NCBI GenBank assembly: GCA_035263405.1
Contig: DATFRI010000055.1
Location: 7,802 to 71,801, forward strand
Reading direction: 5' to 3'
Origin: Actinomycetes bacterium
GTDB lineage: Bacteria; Actinomycetota; CALGFH01
DNA: 64,000 nucleotides
Position numbers and translations under genes: made by a program
Shown: positions 10,744 through 20,420 of the stretch, one piece after another
Position numbering within the stretch: the stretch's first letter is position 1
Layout of the letters: every line of letters starts with the position of its first letter
The notes under the pieces: model-generated
Database searches by the model: none
Seen by the model: only the letters and a program-made list of their open reading frames with translations
What the model was told of the DNA's origin: nothing

Positions 10744-11676
10744 ATGAAGGTCACCGTCGTCGGGGCCGGCAAGTACGGCTCCACCACCGCGCAGCGGATC
10801 GCCGAGCGCGACCTGGCCGACGAGGTCGTCATGACCGACGTCGTCGAGGGGCTCCCGCAGGGCCTGGCGCTGGACATGAACCAGTCGGCGCCGCTGGAGG
10901 GGTTCCACTGCCGGGTCGTGGGCACCAACGGCTACGAGGAGACCGCCGGCTCGCAGGTGTGCGTCATCACCGCGGGGCTGCCGCGCAAGCCCGGGATGAG
11001 CCGGATGGACCTGCTGGAGACCAACGCCAGGATCGTCCGCGAGGTCACCGGGCGGCTGGTCGAGCGCTCCCCGGACGCGGTGCTGATCGTGGTCTCCAAC
11101 CCGCTGGACGAGATGACCGCGCTGGCCGCGCAGGTGTCGGGGTTCCCGCGCGCGCGCGTGCTCGGCCAGGCGGGGATGCTCGACTCCGCGCGCTTCCGCC
11201 ACTTCGTCGCCGAGGCAGCCGGGGTCGACGCCGCCGACGTCGAGGCGGTCACGCTCGGCTCCCACGGGGACACGATGGTGCCGGTCCCGAGCCTGGCCTC
11301 GGTCGGCGGCAAGCCGCTGGCCGACGTGCTCGACGCCGCCGCCGTCGAGCGCATCGTGCGGCGCACCCGCGACGGCGGCGCCGAGATCGTGGGGCTGCTC
11401 AAGAGCGGCTCGGCCTACTACGCGCCGTCCTCGGCCGCGGTGCGGATGGTGGAGGCGGTCGTCACCGACGCGGGCGAGGTCCAGCCGGTGTGCGCCTGGG
11501 TCACCGGGCAGTACGGCGTCAGCGACGTGTACCTGGGCGTCCCGGCCCGACTCGGCGCCGGCGGCGTGCGCGAGGTCGTCGAGCTGCCGCTCACCGAGGA
11601 CGAGCTGGCCCACCTGCGCCAGGCCGCCGAGGCGGTCCGGGCCAAGCAGGCCGACCTCGCCAAGGTCGGCGGGTAG
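10744..11676 (+). CDS. mdh: malate dehydrogenase (LDH-like family)
   Basis: 310-aa ORF with MKVTVVGAGKYGSTTA, ITAGLPRKPGMSRMDLL and VTLGSHGDTMVP. Confidence 0.93.
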   Translation: MKVTVVGAGKYGSTTAQRIAERDLADEVVMTDVVEGLPQGLALDMNQSAPLEGFHCRVVGTNGYEETAGSQVCVITAGLPRKPGMSRMDLLETNARIVREVTGRLVERSPDAVLIVVSNPLDEMTALAAQVSGFPRARVLGQAGMLDSARFRHFVAEAAGVDAADVEAVTLGSHGDTMVPVPSLASVGGKPLADVLDAAAVERIVRRTRDGGAEIVGLLKSGSAYYAPSSAAVRMVEAVVTDAGEVQPVCAWVTGQYGVSDVYLGVPARLGAGGVREVVELPLTEDELAHLRQAAEAVRAKQADLAKVGG

Positions 11677-11680
11677 GGCC

Positions 11681-11791
11681 GTGCGCGGGGCCTGGATCCT
11701 GCTGATCCTGCTGCTCGGGCTGGTCAGCGTGGGCGTGAGCCTGGCGCTGGCGCGCTCGCGCCCGCCCCGGCGGCGCCCCGGCCCGCGCTGA
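11681..11791 (+). CDS. possible 36-aa hydrophobic peptide (MRGAWILLILLLGLVSVGVSLALARSRPPRRRPGPR)
   Basis: GTG lies 4 nt after the mdh stop. All 36 sense codons end in G or C. The product is one TM-like helix plus a basic tail. It is too short for the ORF track, and I recognise no homologue. Confidence 0.25.
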   Translation: MRGAWILLILLLGLVSVGVSLALARSRPPRRRPGPR

Positions 11792-11825
11792 GGGGCCCGC
11801 GCCGCCGCGCGGAGGTCCGCGGGCG

Positions 11826-12863
11826 TCAGGCGCCCGGGAGCCGCAGCCGACGCGCGACCGGCGCCAGCGGGTGGCCGCGGCGCCGCAGCCACGCCAGCCG
11901 CCGCAGCGGGCTGCGGGCGTCGGGGACGTACGGCGAGCGGTCCTCGCCCAGCAGGTAGGCGCGCCGCTCGGCGTCCCCGTCGCGCCAGGTGACCTCCGCG
12001 GCGAGCAGGACCATCACCTCCGCCTTGGCGCGCACCTGGCCGGCGGGCGCGCGGCGCAGCTCGGCGTCCAGCCGCCGCCCGACCTCCTCGGGCAGGCCCG
12101 GCAGCCCGCCGGGCTCGGTGGTGACGCCGCGGCTGCGGGCCCTGCGGCGGGCGCCCGGCCCGAGCGGCCGCGGGTCGCCGTACTCGATCTCCTCGACCGA
12201 GGGCCACCAGCGGATCTCGCCGCGGGTGGAGCGGACCTGGAGGCCGGAGCCGGTGCAGGTGTGGCAGCGGACGTGCCCCCCGGCGCACACCAGGCAGGGC
12301 CGCCAGCCGCTGCCGCGGCAGCGGAAGCACGCCTGCTGCCCGCCGCCGAGGCAGCGGGTGCACAGCGGCGCGGCCCGGCCGCGGCCGCCGAACGCGCGCC
12401 GGGCACGACCCGAGCCCCCGCACCACCGGCAGATCTGGCGCGGCCAGCAGACCAGGCGGCCCTCGCCGCGGCAGACGACGCACGCGAGCTGGCCGCTCCC
12501 GGCGCAGGCGAGACATCCCACGGGCTGCAGGGAGCCGTCGCGCAGCCCCTCCCAGCGGTGCGCGCCCCAGCCGTGGTAGCCGGCGTCGACCTGCTCGATC
12601 GGCCGGTCGTACAGCGGCAGCGACAGCGGCGGGACGGTCGTGACCACCTCGTGCTCGGCCCGCGCCTCGAGCAGGCGGGTGACCCGCAGCATGGTCACGC
12701 TCACGTCGCGGACGCGCAGCGGCTCGCCGAACAGGTCGTCCGGGACGCTGCGGCGGGCACGGGCCCAGGCCGACAGCCGCTCGCGCGCCTCGTCGGTCGT
12801 CGGCGCGCTCGTCCAGGCGGGGGCGGGGGTGTGGGCGTCGGCGCGCTCGTCCGGTCCGGGCAT
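11826..12863 (-). CDS. cysteine-rich protein with seven DnaJ-type CxxCxGxG zinc-finger repeats and no J domain
   Basis: I chose the internal ATG at 12863 of ORF 11826..13055; it leaves a 139-nt divergent spacer to trpS. The repeats are CLACAGSG, CVVCRGEG, CRWCGGSG, CTRCLGGG, CFRCRGSG, CLVCAGGH and CHTCTGSG. Confidence 0.7.
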   Translation of the reverse strand: MPGPDERADAHTPAPAWTSAPTTDEARERLSAWARARRSVPDDLFGEPLRVRDVSVTMLRVTRLLEARAEHEVVTTVPPLSLPLYDRPIEQVDAGYHGWGAHRWEGLRDGSLQPVGCLACAGSGQLACVVCRGEGRLVCWPRQICRWCGGSGRARRAFGGRGRAAPLCTRCLGGGQQACFRCRGSGWRPCLVCAGGHVRCHTCTGSGLQVRSTRGEIRWWPSVEEIEYGDPRPLGPGARRRARSRGVTTEPGGLPGLPEEVGRRLDAELRRAPAGQVRAKAEVMVLLAAEVTWRDGDAERRAYLLGEDRSPYVPDARSPLRRLAWLRRRGHPLAPVARRLRLPGA

Positions 12864-13002
12864 CGCCCGATCGTATGACGGACGCCACGGGACGCGCTGC
12901 GCCCGGCCCCGGACCCGGCCGGGGGGAACGGCGCCGTCGGCGGCCGGCCACGCTGGTAGCATCCCAGCTCGACCCACCCCTGCGGCCTGGTTGGAGGCAC
13001 TC

Positions 13003-14019
13003 GTGCCGCGCATCCTGTCGGGCATCCAGCCCACCGGCGACATGCACCTCGGCAACTACGTCGGGGCGGTGCGCAACTGGGTCGAGCTGCAGCACGAGTT
13101 CGACGCCTTCTACCCGGTCGTGGACCTGCACGCGATCACGCTCCCCTACGACCGCGACACGCTGCGGGAGAAGACCCTCGAGGTCGCGGCGCTGCTGCTC
13201 GCCGCCGGGCTGGACCCCGAGGTGTGCACCGTGTTCGTGCAGTCGCACGTGCCCGAGCACACCGAGCTGAACTGGCTGCTCAACCACATCGCGACCGTGG
13301 GCGAGCTGCGCCGCATGACGCAGTTCAAGGCCAAGGCCGCCCAGGGCGGCGAGGGCGCGCTGCCCGCCGGCTACTTCAACTACCCGGTGCTGCAGGCCGC
13401 GGACATCCTCGTCTACCACGCCGATCTCGTCCCGGTCGGGGAGGACCAGCGCCAGCACCTGGAGCTGACGCGCGACGTCGCCGAGCGCTTCAACCACCGC
13501 TTCGGGCCGACGTTCACCCTCCCCGAGGCCTACATCCCCCGGGTCGGCGGCCGCATCATGGACCTGCAGCACCCGGACGCGAAGATGTCCAAGTCCGCCG
13601 ACTCGCCCAACGGCACCATCCTGCTGCTCGACCCCCCCGACGCGATCCGCAGGAAGGTCCGCTCCGCCGTGACCGACTCCGGCCGCGAGGTGCTGGCGCG
13701 CCCGGACAAGCCGGCGATCACCAACCTGCTGGAGCTGTTCTCGGTCGCGACCGGCAAGGCCGTCGGCGAGCTGGAGCAGGCCTACGCGGGCCGCGGCTAC
13801 GGGGACTTCAAACGCGACCTGGGCGACGTGCTGGTGTCGTGGACCGCGCCGGTCCACGACCGGTACGCGGAGCTGCGCGGCGACCCCGACCGGCTCGCCG
13901 CCGTGCTGGAGCGGGGCGCCGAGCGTGCGCGCTCCATCGCGCGCGCCACGCTCGCGCAGGTGCGCGAGCGCATGGGCCTGCTCCCGCGGCGCACACCCCC
14001 CGCGGAGCCGTCGCGGTAG
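13003..14019 (+). CDS. trpS: tryptophan--tRNA ligase
   Basis: GTG 13003 follows GGAGG (12993-12997). The 338-aa product has GIQPTGDMHLGNYVGA (HIGH-type motif) and KMSKS. Confidence 0.94.
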   Translation: MPRILSGIQPTGDMHLGNYVGAVRNWVELQHEFDAFYPVVDLHAITLPYDRDTLREKTLEVAALLLAAGLDPEVCTVFVQSHVPEHTELNWLLNHIATVGELRRMTQFKAKAAQGGEGALPAGYFNYPVLQAADILVYHADLVPVGEDQRQHLELTRDVAERFNHRFGPTFTLPEAYIPRVGGRIMDLQHPDAKMSKSADSPNGTILLLDPPDAIRRKVRSAVTDSGREVLARPDKPAITNLLELFSVATGKAVGELEQAYAGRGYGDFKRDLGDVLVSWTAPVHDRYAELRGDPDRLAAVLERGAERARSIARATLAQVRERMGLLPRRTPPAEPSR

Positions 14020-14025
14020 GCGCCG

Positions 14026-14988
14026 GTGCCACGGGTCCGCCTCGGCGTGGTCGCGCTGCTCCCCCACCCGGTCGCCGCGCACGTGCAGGCCTGGCGGCGC
14101 GCGTTCGCCGAGCCGCTCAGCCGGGCCGTGCCACCGCACGTCACGCTCGTCCCGCCGCAGCAGGTCCCCGCGGACCAGGTCGACCGGGTGGCCGAGCTGG
14201 TGGAGGGGACCGCCCGCATGCTGGTGCCGGTGCGGCTCTCGCTGCGCGGCGCCGCCTCCTTCCTGCCCGGCAGCCCGGTCGCGTTCCTGCGGGTCACCTG
14301 CGGGGCCGGCGCGCTGGCGGCGCTGGAGGCCGGGCTGCGGGGCCCGCCGCTGCAGCGGCGCACCCACGCCTACCACGCGCACGTGACGGTCGCCCAGGAC
14401 CTGCCGGCCGAGCGGATCCGGGCGGCCGTCGCCGAGCTGGCCGGGTTCGCCGCGGACGTCACCGTGGAGCAGGTCGCGCTCATGCGCGAGGACGCCGACG
14501 GCAGGTGGCGGCCGCTGCACCTCGCCCCGTCGAGGGGACCGGGGCCGGACGGCGCCGCGGTCACCGCCGCGCCGTTCGCCGACGCCCAGGCGGCCAGCGT
14601 GTTCCTGCTCGACGGGGACCGGGTGCTGCTCGGCCGCCGCACCGAGAGGCCGGGCCGGCGGCACCCGGGCGCCTGGGACCCCCTCGGCGGCAAGCCGGAG
14701 CCCGGCGAGCCGCTGCTGGCCGCGCTCGCGCGCGAGGCCGGCGAGGAGGCCGGCGTCGAGCCGCTGGACCCGGCGCCGCTCGGCTGCTTCTTCGACGGCG
14801 AGCGCGCCGACGCGTACTTCGTGGCGAGGAGCTGGCGGGGCCGGGTCGCCAACGCCGCGCCGGCGGAGCACAGCCGGCTGGAGTGGTTGCCGCTGCCGCT
14901 GGCCCTGGACCGGCCCCTGCCGCCGTCAGCCCGCCACGCCCTGCTCCTGCTGGTCGCCGAGGCCGAGCGCGCCGGACCCGGGCGCTGA
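14026..14988 (+). CDS. fusion protein: 2H phosphoesterase (LigT-like) N-domain plus Nudix hydrolase C-domain
   Basis: GTG lies 6 nt after the trpS stop. There are two HxT motifs (PHVTLV, AHVTVA). A complete Nudix box is present: GGKPEPGEPLLAALAREAGEEAGV fits Gx5Ex7REUxEExGU. Confidence 0.8.
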   Translation: MPRVRLGVVALLPHPVAAHVQAWRRAFAEPLSRAVPPHVTLVPPQQVPADQVDRVAELVEGTARMLVPVRLSLRGAASFLPGSPVAFLRVTCGAGALAALEAGLRGPPLQRRTHAYHAHVTVAQDLPAERIRAAVAELAGFAADVTVEQVALMREDADGRWRPLHLAPSRGPGPDGAAVTAAPFADAQAASVFLLDGDRVLLGRRTERPGRRHPGAWDPLGGKPEPGEPLLAALAREAGEEAGVEPLDPAPLGCFFDGERADAYFVARSWRGRVANAAPAEHSRLEWLPLPLALDRPLPPSARHALLLLVAEAERAGPGR

Positions 14989-15204
14989 CCGGACGGCGCC
15001 GGGAGCCCGGCCGGCCGGCGGCAGCCGTCGGGCGCCGGCCGGTCAGGCGCGCTCCGGGCCGGCGCGGCGGCTCCGCCCTTGCGGCGGGCGGAGCCCGGTG
15101 TTAGGCACCATGCGGTGACGGGAAAGCCGGATCGGGCGCATCGGCCCGCCAGAGCCCGTGCGCAGACCGCGGCCACGGGCGATCGCGATGGGAGGAAGCT
15201 CGTC

Positions 15205-15816
15205 ATGGAGCAGCGCGCGCAACCCACCCCCGCCGCCCGACGCCGGCCGGCGCCGCCGGACGGGGAGCCGTCCACCGGCGAGCTGGTCCGGGGCCTCGCC
15301 GAGGACGCCTCGACCCTCGTCCGGCAGGAGGTCCTGCTGGCCAGGCAGGAGCTGACCGAGGGCATGGCCAAGGCGGCCAGGGCCAGCGCGCTGCTGGTCG
15401 CCGCGGGGTTCGTGAGCCTGTACGCGATCGGCTTCCTGCTGACCACGGCGGCATGGGGCCTGGAGGCGCTGGGGCTGCCCAAGGCTGCCTCGTTCGGGCT
15501 GGTCACGCTCTTCCTGCTGCTGGTCGCCGGGGTGCTCGGCCTGATCGGGCAGCGGCGGCTGGCCGCGACCAAGGTGAAGCCCGAGCGCGCGCAGGCCGAG
15601 CTGAAGGAGGCCACCGCCGATCTCGCCGCCGAGGCGCGCCACGCCGCCGAGGTCGTCAGGGCCGACCTCGCCGGGGCCGCCAGGTCCACCCGCGCCGACG
15701 CCCGGTCGGCGCCGGACACGACGCGCTCCGCCGCGCCCCAGGGCACCTCGGACGTCCGCGACGCTGCCGAGCGGGCCAAGGACCAGGTAACGTCCAAGGC
15801 GCGCCGCGAGCGCTGA
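15205..15816 (+). CDS. holin-X-like membrane protein (phage holin family, actinobacterial type)
   Basis: ATG 15205 follows GGGAGGAAG. The product contains STGELVRGLAEDASTLVRQEVLLARQELTEGMAKA, two TM helices and a charged tail. Confidence 0.7.
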   Translation: MEQRAQPTPAARRRPAPPDGEPSTGELVRGLAEDASTLVRQEVLLARQELTEGMAKAARASALLVAAGFVSLYAIGFLLTTAAWGLEALGLPKAASFGLVTLFLLLVAGVLGLIGQRRLAATKVKPERAQAELKEATADLAAEARHAAEVVRADLAGAARSTRADARSAPDTTRSAAPQGTSDVRDAAERAKDQVTSKARRER

Positions 15817-15850
15817 GCCGCCGGTCAGACGCGAGGAGAGGAGCATCCCG

Positions 15851-16084
15851 GTGGGCGAGACGGCCGAGCAGACCGCGCGGGAGGTCGAACAGACCCGCAG
15901 GCGGATGGAGGACAAGGTGTCGAAGCTGTCCGAGCGCGCGCCCAGGGAGGTGCGCAGGCTCGCCAGGCGCGTGCTCTTCGCCGGGATCACCGCGATGGCG
16001 GTCCTGCTCGCCCGCAGGGCCGTCGACCGCGCGTGGAACCGTGTCACCGGCGAGCGGCCGCCGACCAGGAAGGCCCGCGACTGA
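15851..16084 (+). CDS. small membrane-anchored protein (DUF3618/DUF4235-like)
   Basis: 77-aa ORF with a GTG after GAGGAGAGGAG. A charged coiled N-terminal half is followed by one TM helix (VLFAGITAMAVLLA). It lies directly after the holin-like gene. Confidence 0.55.
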   Translation: MGETAEQTAREVEQTRRRMEDKVSKLSERAPREVRRLARRVLFAGITAMAVLLARRAVDRAWNRVTGERPPTRKARD

Positions 16085-16111
16085 GCCTGCCCCCGATCCG
16101 CCGCGCCCGCG

Positions 16112-16813
16112 CTACGCCCGGCGGAACAGCAGCGCCCGCTTCACCTCCTGGATCGCCTGGGTGACCCGGATCCCGCGCGGGCAGGCGTCGGTGCAGTTGA
16201 AGGTGGTCCGGCAGCGCCACACGCCTTCCTGGTCGTTCAGCGCCTCCAGCCGCCGCGCCGCGCCCCGGTCGCGCGAGTCGAAGATGAACCGGTGCGCGTT
16301 CACGATCGCCGCCGGTCCGGTGTAGTCCCCGTCGGCCCAGTACACCGGGCAGGAGGTCGTGCACGCGGCGCACAGGATGCACTTGGTGGTGTCGTCGAAG
16401 CGCGCACGGTCCTCGGGCGACTGCAGCCGCTCGCTGTCCGGGACGGGCTCGTCGTTGATCAGGAACGGCAGCACCGACCGGTAGGAGTCGAAGAACGGCT
16501 CCATGTCGACCGCCAGGTCGCGGCTGACCGGCAGCCCCCGCAGCGGCTCGACCGTGATCGTGTCGCCGAGGTCGCGGACCAGCGCCTTGCACGCCAGGCG
16601 GTTGACGCCGTTGATCAGCATCGCGTCCGACCCGCACACCCCGTGCGCGCACGAGCGGCGGAACACCAGCGTCCCGTCCAGGTTCCACTTCACGTAGTGC
16701 AGCAGGTCCAGCACCCGGTCCATCGGCTGCGCGTCGGGGACCTGGTAGGACTCCAGGTGCGGGGCCTGGTCCCGCTCGGGGTCGAACCGCCGGATCCTGA
16801 TCGTGACCTGCAT
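16112..16813 (-). CDS. sdhB: succinate dehydrogenase iron-sulfur subunit
   Basis: 233-aa ORF with Cys clusters CAHGVCGSDAM, CILCAACTTSCP and CRTTFNCTDACP. Confidence 0.95.
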   Translation of the reverse strand: MQVTIRIRRFDPERDQAPHLESYQVPDAQPMDRVLDLLHYVKWNLDGTLVFRRSCAHGVCGSDAMLINGVNRLACKALVRDLGDTITVEPLRGLPVSRDLAVDMEPFFDSYRSVLPFLINDEPVPDSERLQSPEDRARFDDTTKCILCAACTTSCPVYWADGDYTGPAAIVNAHRFIFDSRDRGAARRLEALNDQEGVWRCRTTFNCTDACPRGIRVTQAIQEVKRALLFRRA

Positions 16814-16868
16814 GCGCCAGCGCTCCTCACCGGGTTGGCGGCCGGGGTCCCGCGGCCCCGCGCCGAGA

Positions 16869-18602
16869 CTAGTACTTCCGCTCCATCGGCTCGTAGCGGG
16901 TCACGGTGACCGGCTTGTAGTCCAGGCGCACCCTGCCGCCCTCGGCGAAGGCGAGGGTGTGGCGCATCCAGCGGGCGTCGTCGCGGGCGGGGAAGTCCTC
17001 GCGGAAGTGGCCGCCGCGGCTCTCCTGCCGCGCCAGCGCCGAGACCACCAGCGTCCTGGCCAGGTCGAGCAGGAAGCCCAGCTCCACCGCCTCGAGCAGG
17101 TCGGTGTTGAAGCGGCCGGCCTTGTCCTGCACCCACACCCGGCGGTAGCGCTCGTCCAGGGCGTCCAGGGTGTCCTGCATCTGCTTCAGCGTCGTCTCGG
17201 TCCGGTACACCCCGGCGTTGCGGTCCATGGCGGCCTGGAGGTCCGCTCGGATCGCGGCCGCCCGCTCGCCCTCGGCGTGGTCGAGCAGGTCGGCCAGGGC
17301 CCGGCGCACGTCGCCGGCGGGGTCCTCGGGCAGCTCGGCGTGGCGCAGCCCGCGGGCGTGCCCGGCGGCGGCGATCCCCGCGCGCCTGCCGAACACGACG
17401 ATGTCCAGCAGCGAGTTGGTGCCGAGGCGGTTGGCGCCGTGCACCGACACGCACGCGCACTCGCCCGCCGCGTACAGCCCCGGCAGCACCGTGCCCGCCG
17501 CGTCGGCCAGGACCTCGGCGTCGACGCTGGTGGGGATCCCGCCCATCGCGTAGTGCGCGGTCGGCTGGATCGGCACGCCCTCCTTCTTCGGCTCCACCCC
17601 GAGGTAGGTGCGGGCGAAGTCGGTGACGTCCGGCAGCTTGGCGTCGATCACCCCGGGGTCGAGGTGGCTGACGTCCAGGTACACGTAGTCGCCGTCCGGG
17701 CCGGCGCCGTTGCCGTTGCGGATCTCGGTGGAGATCGCGCGGCTCACCAGGTCGCGCGGGGCGAGGTCCTTGATCGTGGGCGCGTAGCGCTCCATGAACG
17801 CCTCGCCGTCCTTGTTGCGCAGGATCCCGCCCTCGCCGCGGGCCGCCTCGGACAGCAGGATCCCGAGCCGGTACAGGCCGGTGGGGTGGAACTGGAAGAA
17901 CTCCATGTCCTCCAGGGGCAGCCCCCGCCGGTACAGCACCGCGGGGCCGTCACCGGTGAGCGCGTGCGCGTTGGAGGTGACCTTGAACATCCGGCCGAAG
18001 CCGCCGGTGGCGAACACGACCGACTTGGCCCGGAACACGTGCAGGTCCCCCGAGGCGAGGTCGTAGGCGACCACCCCGGTCGCGCGGCCCTCGGCGATCA
18101 GCACGTCCAGCACGTAGTACTCGTCGAAGAACGTGGTGCCGTTGGCGATGTTCGCCTGGTACAGGGTCTGCAGGATCATGTGGCCGGTGCGGTCGGCCGC
18201 GTAGCACGAGCGGCGCACCGGCCCCTTGCCGTGGTGGTGGGTGTGGCCGCCGAAGCGGCGCTGGTCGATCCTGCCCTCCGGGGTGCGGTTGAACGGCATC
18301 CCCTGGTGCTCCAGGTCGTACACGGCCTGGATCGCCTCGCGGCACATGATCTCCGCGGCGTCCTGGTCGACGAGGTAGTCGCCGCCCTTGACGGTGTCGA
18401 AGGTGTGCCACTCCCAGTTGTCCTCCTCGACGTTGGCCAGCGCCGCGCACATGCCGCCCTGCGCGGCCCCCGTGTGGGACCTGGTGGGGTACAGCTTGCT
18501 GAGCACCGCGGTCCGCGCGCGCGTGGACGCCTCCAGCGCCGCCCGCAGCCCCGCGCCGCCCGCGCCCACGATCACCACGTCGTAGGAGTGCTGCTGCTCC
18601 AT
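16869..18602 (-). CDS. sdhA: succinate dehydrogenase flavoprotein subunit
   Basis: The ATG at 18602 gives [23 protein letters not shown]. The product has [10 protein letters not shown] (covalent FAD His), HPTG and [12 protein letters not shown]. The start lies 8 nt after the sdhD stop. Confidence 0.95.
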   Translation of the reverse strand: MEQQHSYDVVIVGAGGAGLRAALEASTRARTAVLSKLYPTRSHTGAAQGGMCAALANVEEDNWEWHTFDTVKGGDYLVDQDAAEIMCREAIQAVYDLEHQGMPFNRTPEGRIDQRRFGGHTHHHGKGPVRRSCYAADRTGHMILQTLYQANIANGTTFFDEYYVLDVLIAEGRATGVVAYDLASGDLHVFRAKSVVFATGGFGRMFKVTSNAHALTGDGPAVLYRRGLPLEDMEFFQFHPTGLYRLGILLSEAARGEGGILRNKDGEAFMERYAPTIKDLAPRDLVSRAISTEIRNGNGAGPDGDYVYLDVSHLDPGVIDAKLPDVTDFARTYLGVEPKKEGVPIQPTAHYAMGGIPTSVDAEVLADAAGTVLPGLYAAGECACVSVHGANRLGTNSLLDIVVFGRRAGIAAAGHARGLRHAELPEDPAGDVRRALADLLDHAEGERAAAIRADLQAAMDRNAGVYRTETTLKQMQDTLDALDERYRRVWVQDKAGRFNTDLLEAVELGFLLDLARTLVVSALARQESRGGHFREDFPARDDARWMRHTLAFAEGGRVRLDYKPVTVTRYEPMERKY

Positions 18603-18610
18603 CCGGCCCC

Positions 18611-19027
18611 CTAGCCTCGCGGGGCGAACGCGAAGATCGTCAGCGTGCCGAGCATCCACGTCAGCCCGACCAGGATCGCGTTCAGCGTCTGGTAGGTGAA
18701 CCCGCGCACCGGGCTGCGCGCGTAGTCGTCGATGATGACCCGCAGCCCGTTGCCGCCGTGCAGCGCCGCCAGCGTCAGCATCGCGAAGTCGTAGACGCGC
18801 CAGAACGGGTTCGCCCAGCGGCCCGAGACGAACGCGAAGTTCACGCGGTCCAGCCCGCCGCCGAGCACGTGCATGATCGCGAAGTGCGCCAGCACCAGCA
18901 GGACCAGCAGCACGCCCGAGACGCGCATGAACACCCAGGCGTACAGCTCGAAGCCGCCCCCGCCCACGCGCGGCCGCCCCCGGCCGGCGCGGGCCGGCCG
19001 GGCGCCGGTCGCGAGGCGCGGGTTCAC
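18611..19027 (-). CDS. sdhD: succinate dehydrogenase membrane anchor subunit
   Basis: GTG 19027 overlaps the sdhC stop as GTGA. The 138-aa product has [23 protein letters not shown] and three TM helices. The start is chosen from operon structure. Confidence 0.75.
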   Translation of the reverse strand: MNPRLATGARPARAGRGRPRVGGGGFELYAWVFMRVSGVLLVLLVLAHFAIMHVLGGGLDRVNFAFVSGRWANPFWRVYDFAMLTLAALHGGNGLRVIIDDYARSPVRGFTYQTLNAILVGLTWMLGTLTIFAFAPRG

Positions 19028-19404
19028 AGCCCCAGCTCCGCCAGGACCTTGCCGCCGATCACGATCACCGGCGGGACCGCCAGCGCCACGAACAGCACGG
19101 TCTGGACGACCAGCATGTGGCGCTGCAGCCGGATCCCCCTGGACCAGAAGTCCAGCAGGACGATGCGCAGGCCGTTGAGCGCGTGGAAGACGACCAGCAC
19201 GGCCAGGCCGATCTCCAGGGTGCCCACGAACGCGTTGCGGTAGGTGTCCATGACCCGGTCGTAGGACTCCGGGGACACGTTCAGCAGCGCCTGGTCGGCC
19301 ACGTGGGCGAACAGGTAGAACAGGATCGCGACGCCGGAGATCCGGTGCAGGACCCAGGTCCACATGTTCTCGCGCCCGCGGTAGAGCGTGCCGAGGCGTC
19401 GCAC
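19024..19404 (-). CDS. sdhC: succinate dehydrogenase cytochrome b subunit
   Basis: GTG 19404 lies about 13 nt after GGGGG. The 126-aa product is [35 protein letters not shown]..., matching actinobacterial SdhC N-termini. The rest of the 428-aa ORF upstream is R/P/S-rich noise. Confidence 0.8.
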   Translation of the reverse strand: MRRLGTLYRGRENMWTWVLHRISGVAILFYLFAHVADQALLNVSPESYDRVMDTYRNAFVGTLEIGLAVLVVFHALNGLRIVLLDFWSRGIRLQRHMLVVQTVLFVALAVPPVIVIGGKVLAELGL

Positions 19405-19597
19405 CGGCCGACGGTCACCCCCTTGCAGAAACGACCCGCTGCGGAACGACCCGCGGACCCGTGCAGGACCACCGAGCGACCCGCGGCGGGCGCGGCGGAC
19501 CTGCCCCGCCAGGCTGACTGTACCATCGGGTCCGGCGCGGACGGCGTCGAGAACCACCAGCTCAGGCGGCCCTCGGGGCCGGGTGGGAGGTGCGCTG

Positions 19598-20326
19598 ATG
19601 GCCGTGGCGGTCGGGCGGCTGCTCGCGATCCACCGTTGGCCGGTCAAGTCCCTCGGCGGTGAGCGCGTCGCCGCGGCGCGCCTGGACGGCCGGGGGCTCG
19701 GCGGCGACCGCGCGCACGTGCTCGTCGACGACGGCGGGCGGACGCTGACCGCGCGGCAGGCCCCCACGATGCTGCGCTGGCGGGCGGCGTACCCGGCGGC
19801 GCCGGGCGCCGCGCTGGACCCGGCCGCGCCGCCGCTGCCCGTCCTGACCGCGCCGGACGGCCGCGACTGGGGCTGGCAGGACGCGGGCCTGCCGGGCGCG
19901 CTCGCCGCCGACCTCGGCCGCCCGGTGCGGCTGCACCGCGACCCGGCGGGCCGCCAGGACCGGCCGCGCACCGTGCTGGTCACGGTCGAGGCGACCCGCG
20001 CCGCGCTCGAGGCCGAGCTGGGCGGCGGCGTGCCGCTGGACGTCCGCCGGTTCCGGCCCAACCTCCACGTCGCGCTGGACGCCCCCGCGTTCGCCGAGGA
20101 GGGCTGGACGGGCGGCCGGCTGGTCGCCGGCGGGGTGGAGCTGGAGCTGCTGGACCCCTGCGTCCGCTGCGTGGTCCCCACCCGCGACCCGGACACCGCC
20201 CGCCGCTGGCCGGAGCTGCTGCGCCACCTCACGGCCCGCCACGGCAAGCGGTTCGGGATCAACGCCCGCGTGGTCGCCGCCGGGCTCGCCGAGGAGGGCG
20301 CGGCCGTCACCGTCCGGCCGGCCTGA
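19598..20326 (+). CDS. MOSC domain-containing protein
   Basis: ATG 19598 follows GGGAGG. The product has IHRWPVKSLGGE, RRFRPNL and the conserved Cys region LLDPCVRCVVPTRD. Confidence 0.85.
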   Translation: MAVAVGRLLAIHRWPVKSLGGERVAAARLDGRGLGGDRAHVLVDDGGRTLTARQAPTMLRWRAAYPAAPGAALDPAAPPLPVLTAPDGRDWGWQDAGLPGALAADLGRPVRLHRDPAGRQDRPRTVLVTVEATRAALEAELGGGVPLDVRRFRPNLHVALDAPAFAEEGWTGGRLVAGGVELELLDPCVRCVVPTRDPDTARRWPELLRHLTARHGKRFGINARVVAAGLAEEGAAVTVRPA

Positions 20327-20420
20327 GCGGACCCACGCGCCCGACGCTGCGGCGACGTTACGCTGCACGCCGGGGACCTGCGCAGTGCCCGGGGTCCCGC
20401 CGCGGACCAGGGGGGAGCCT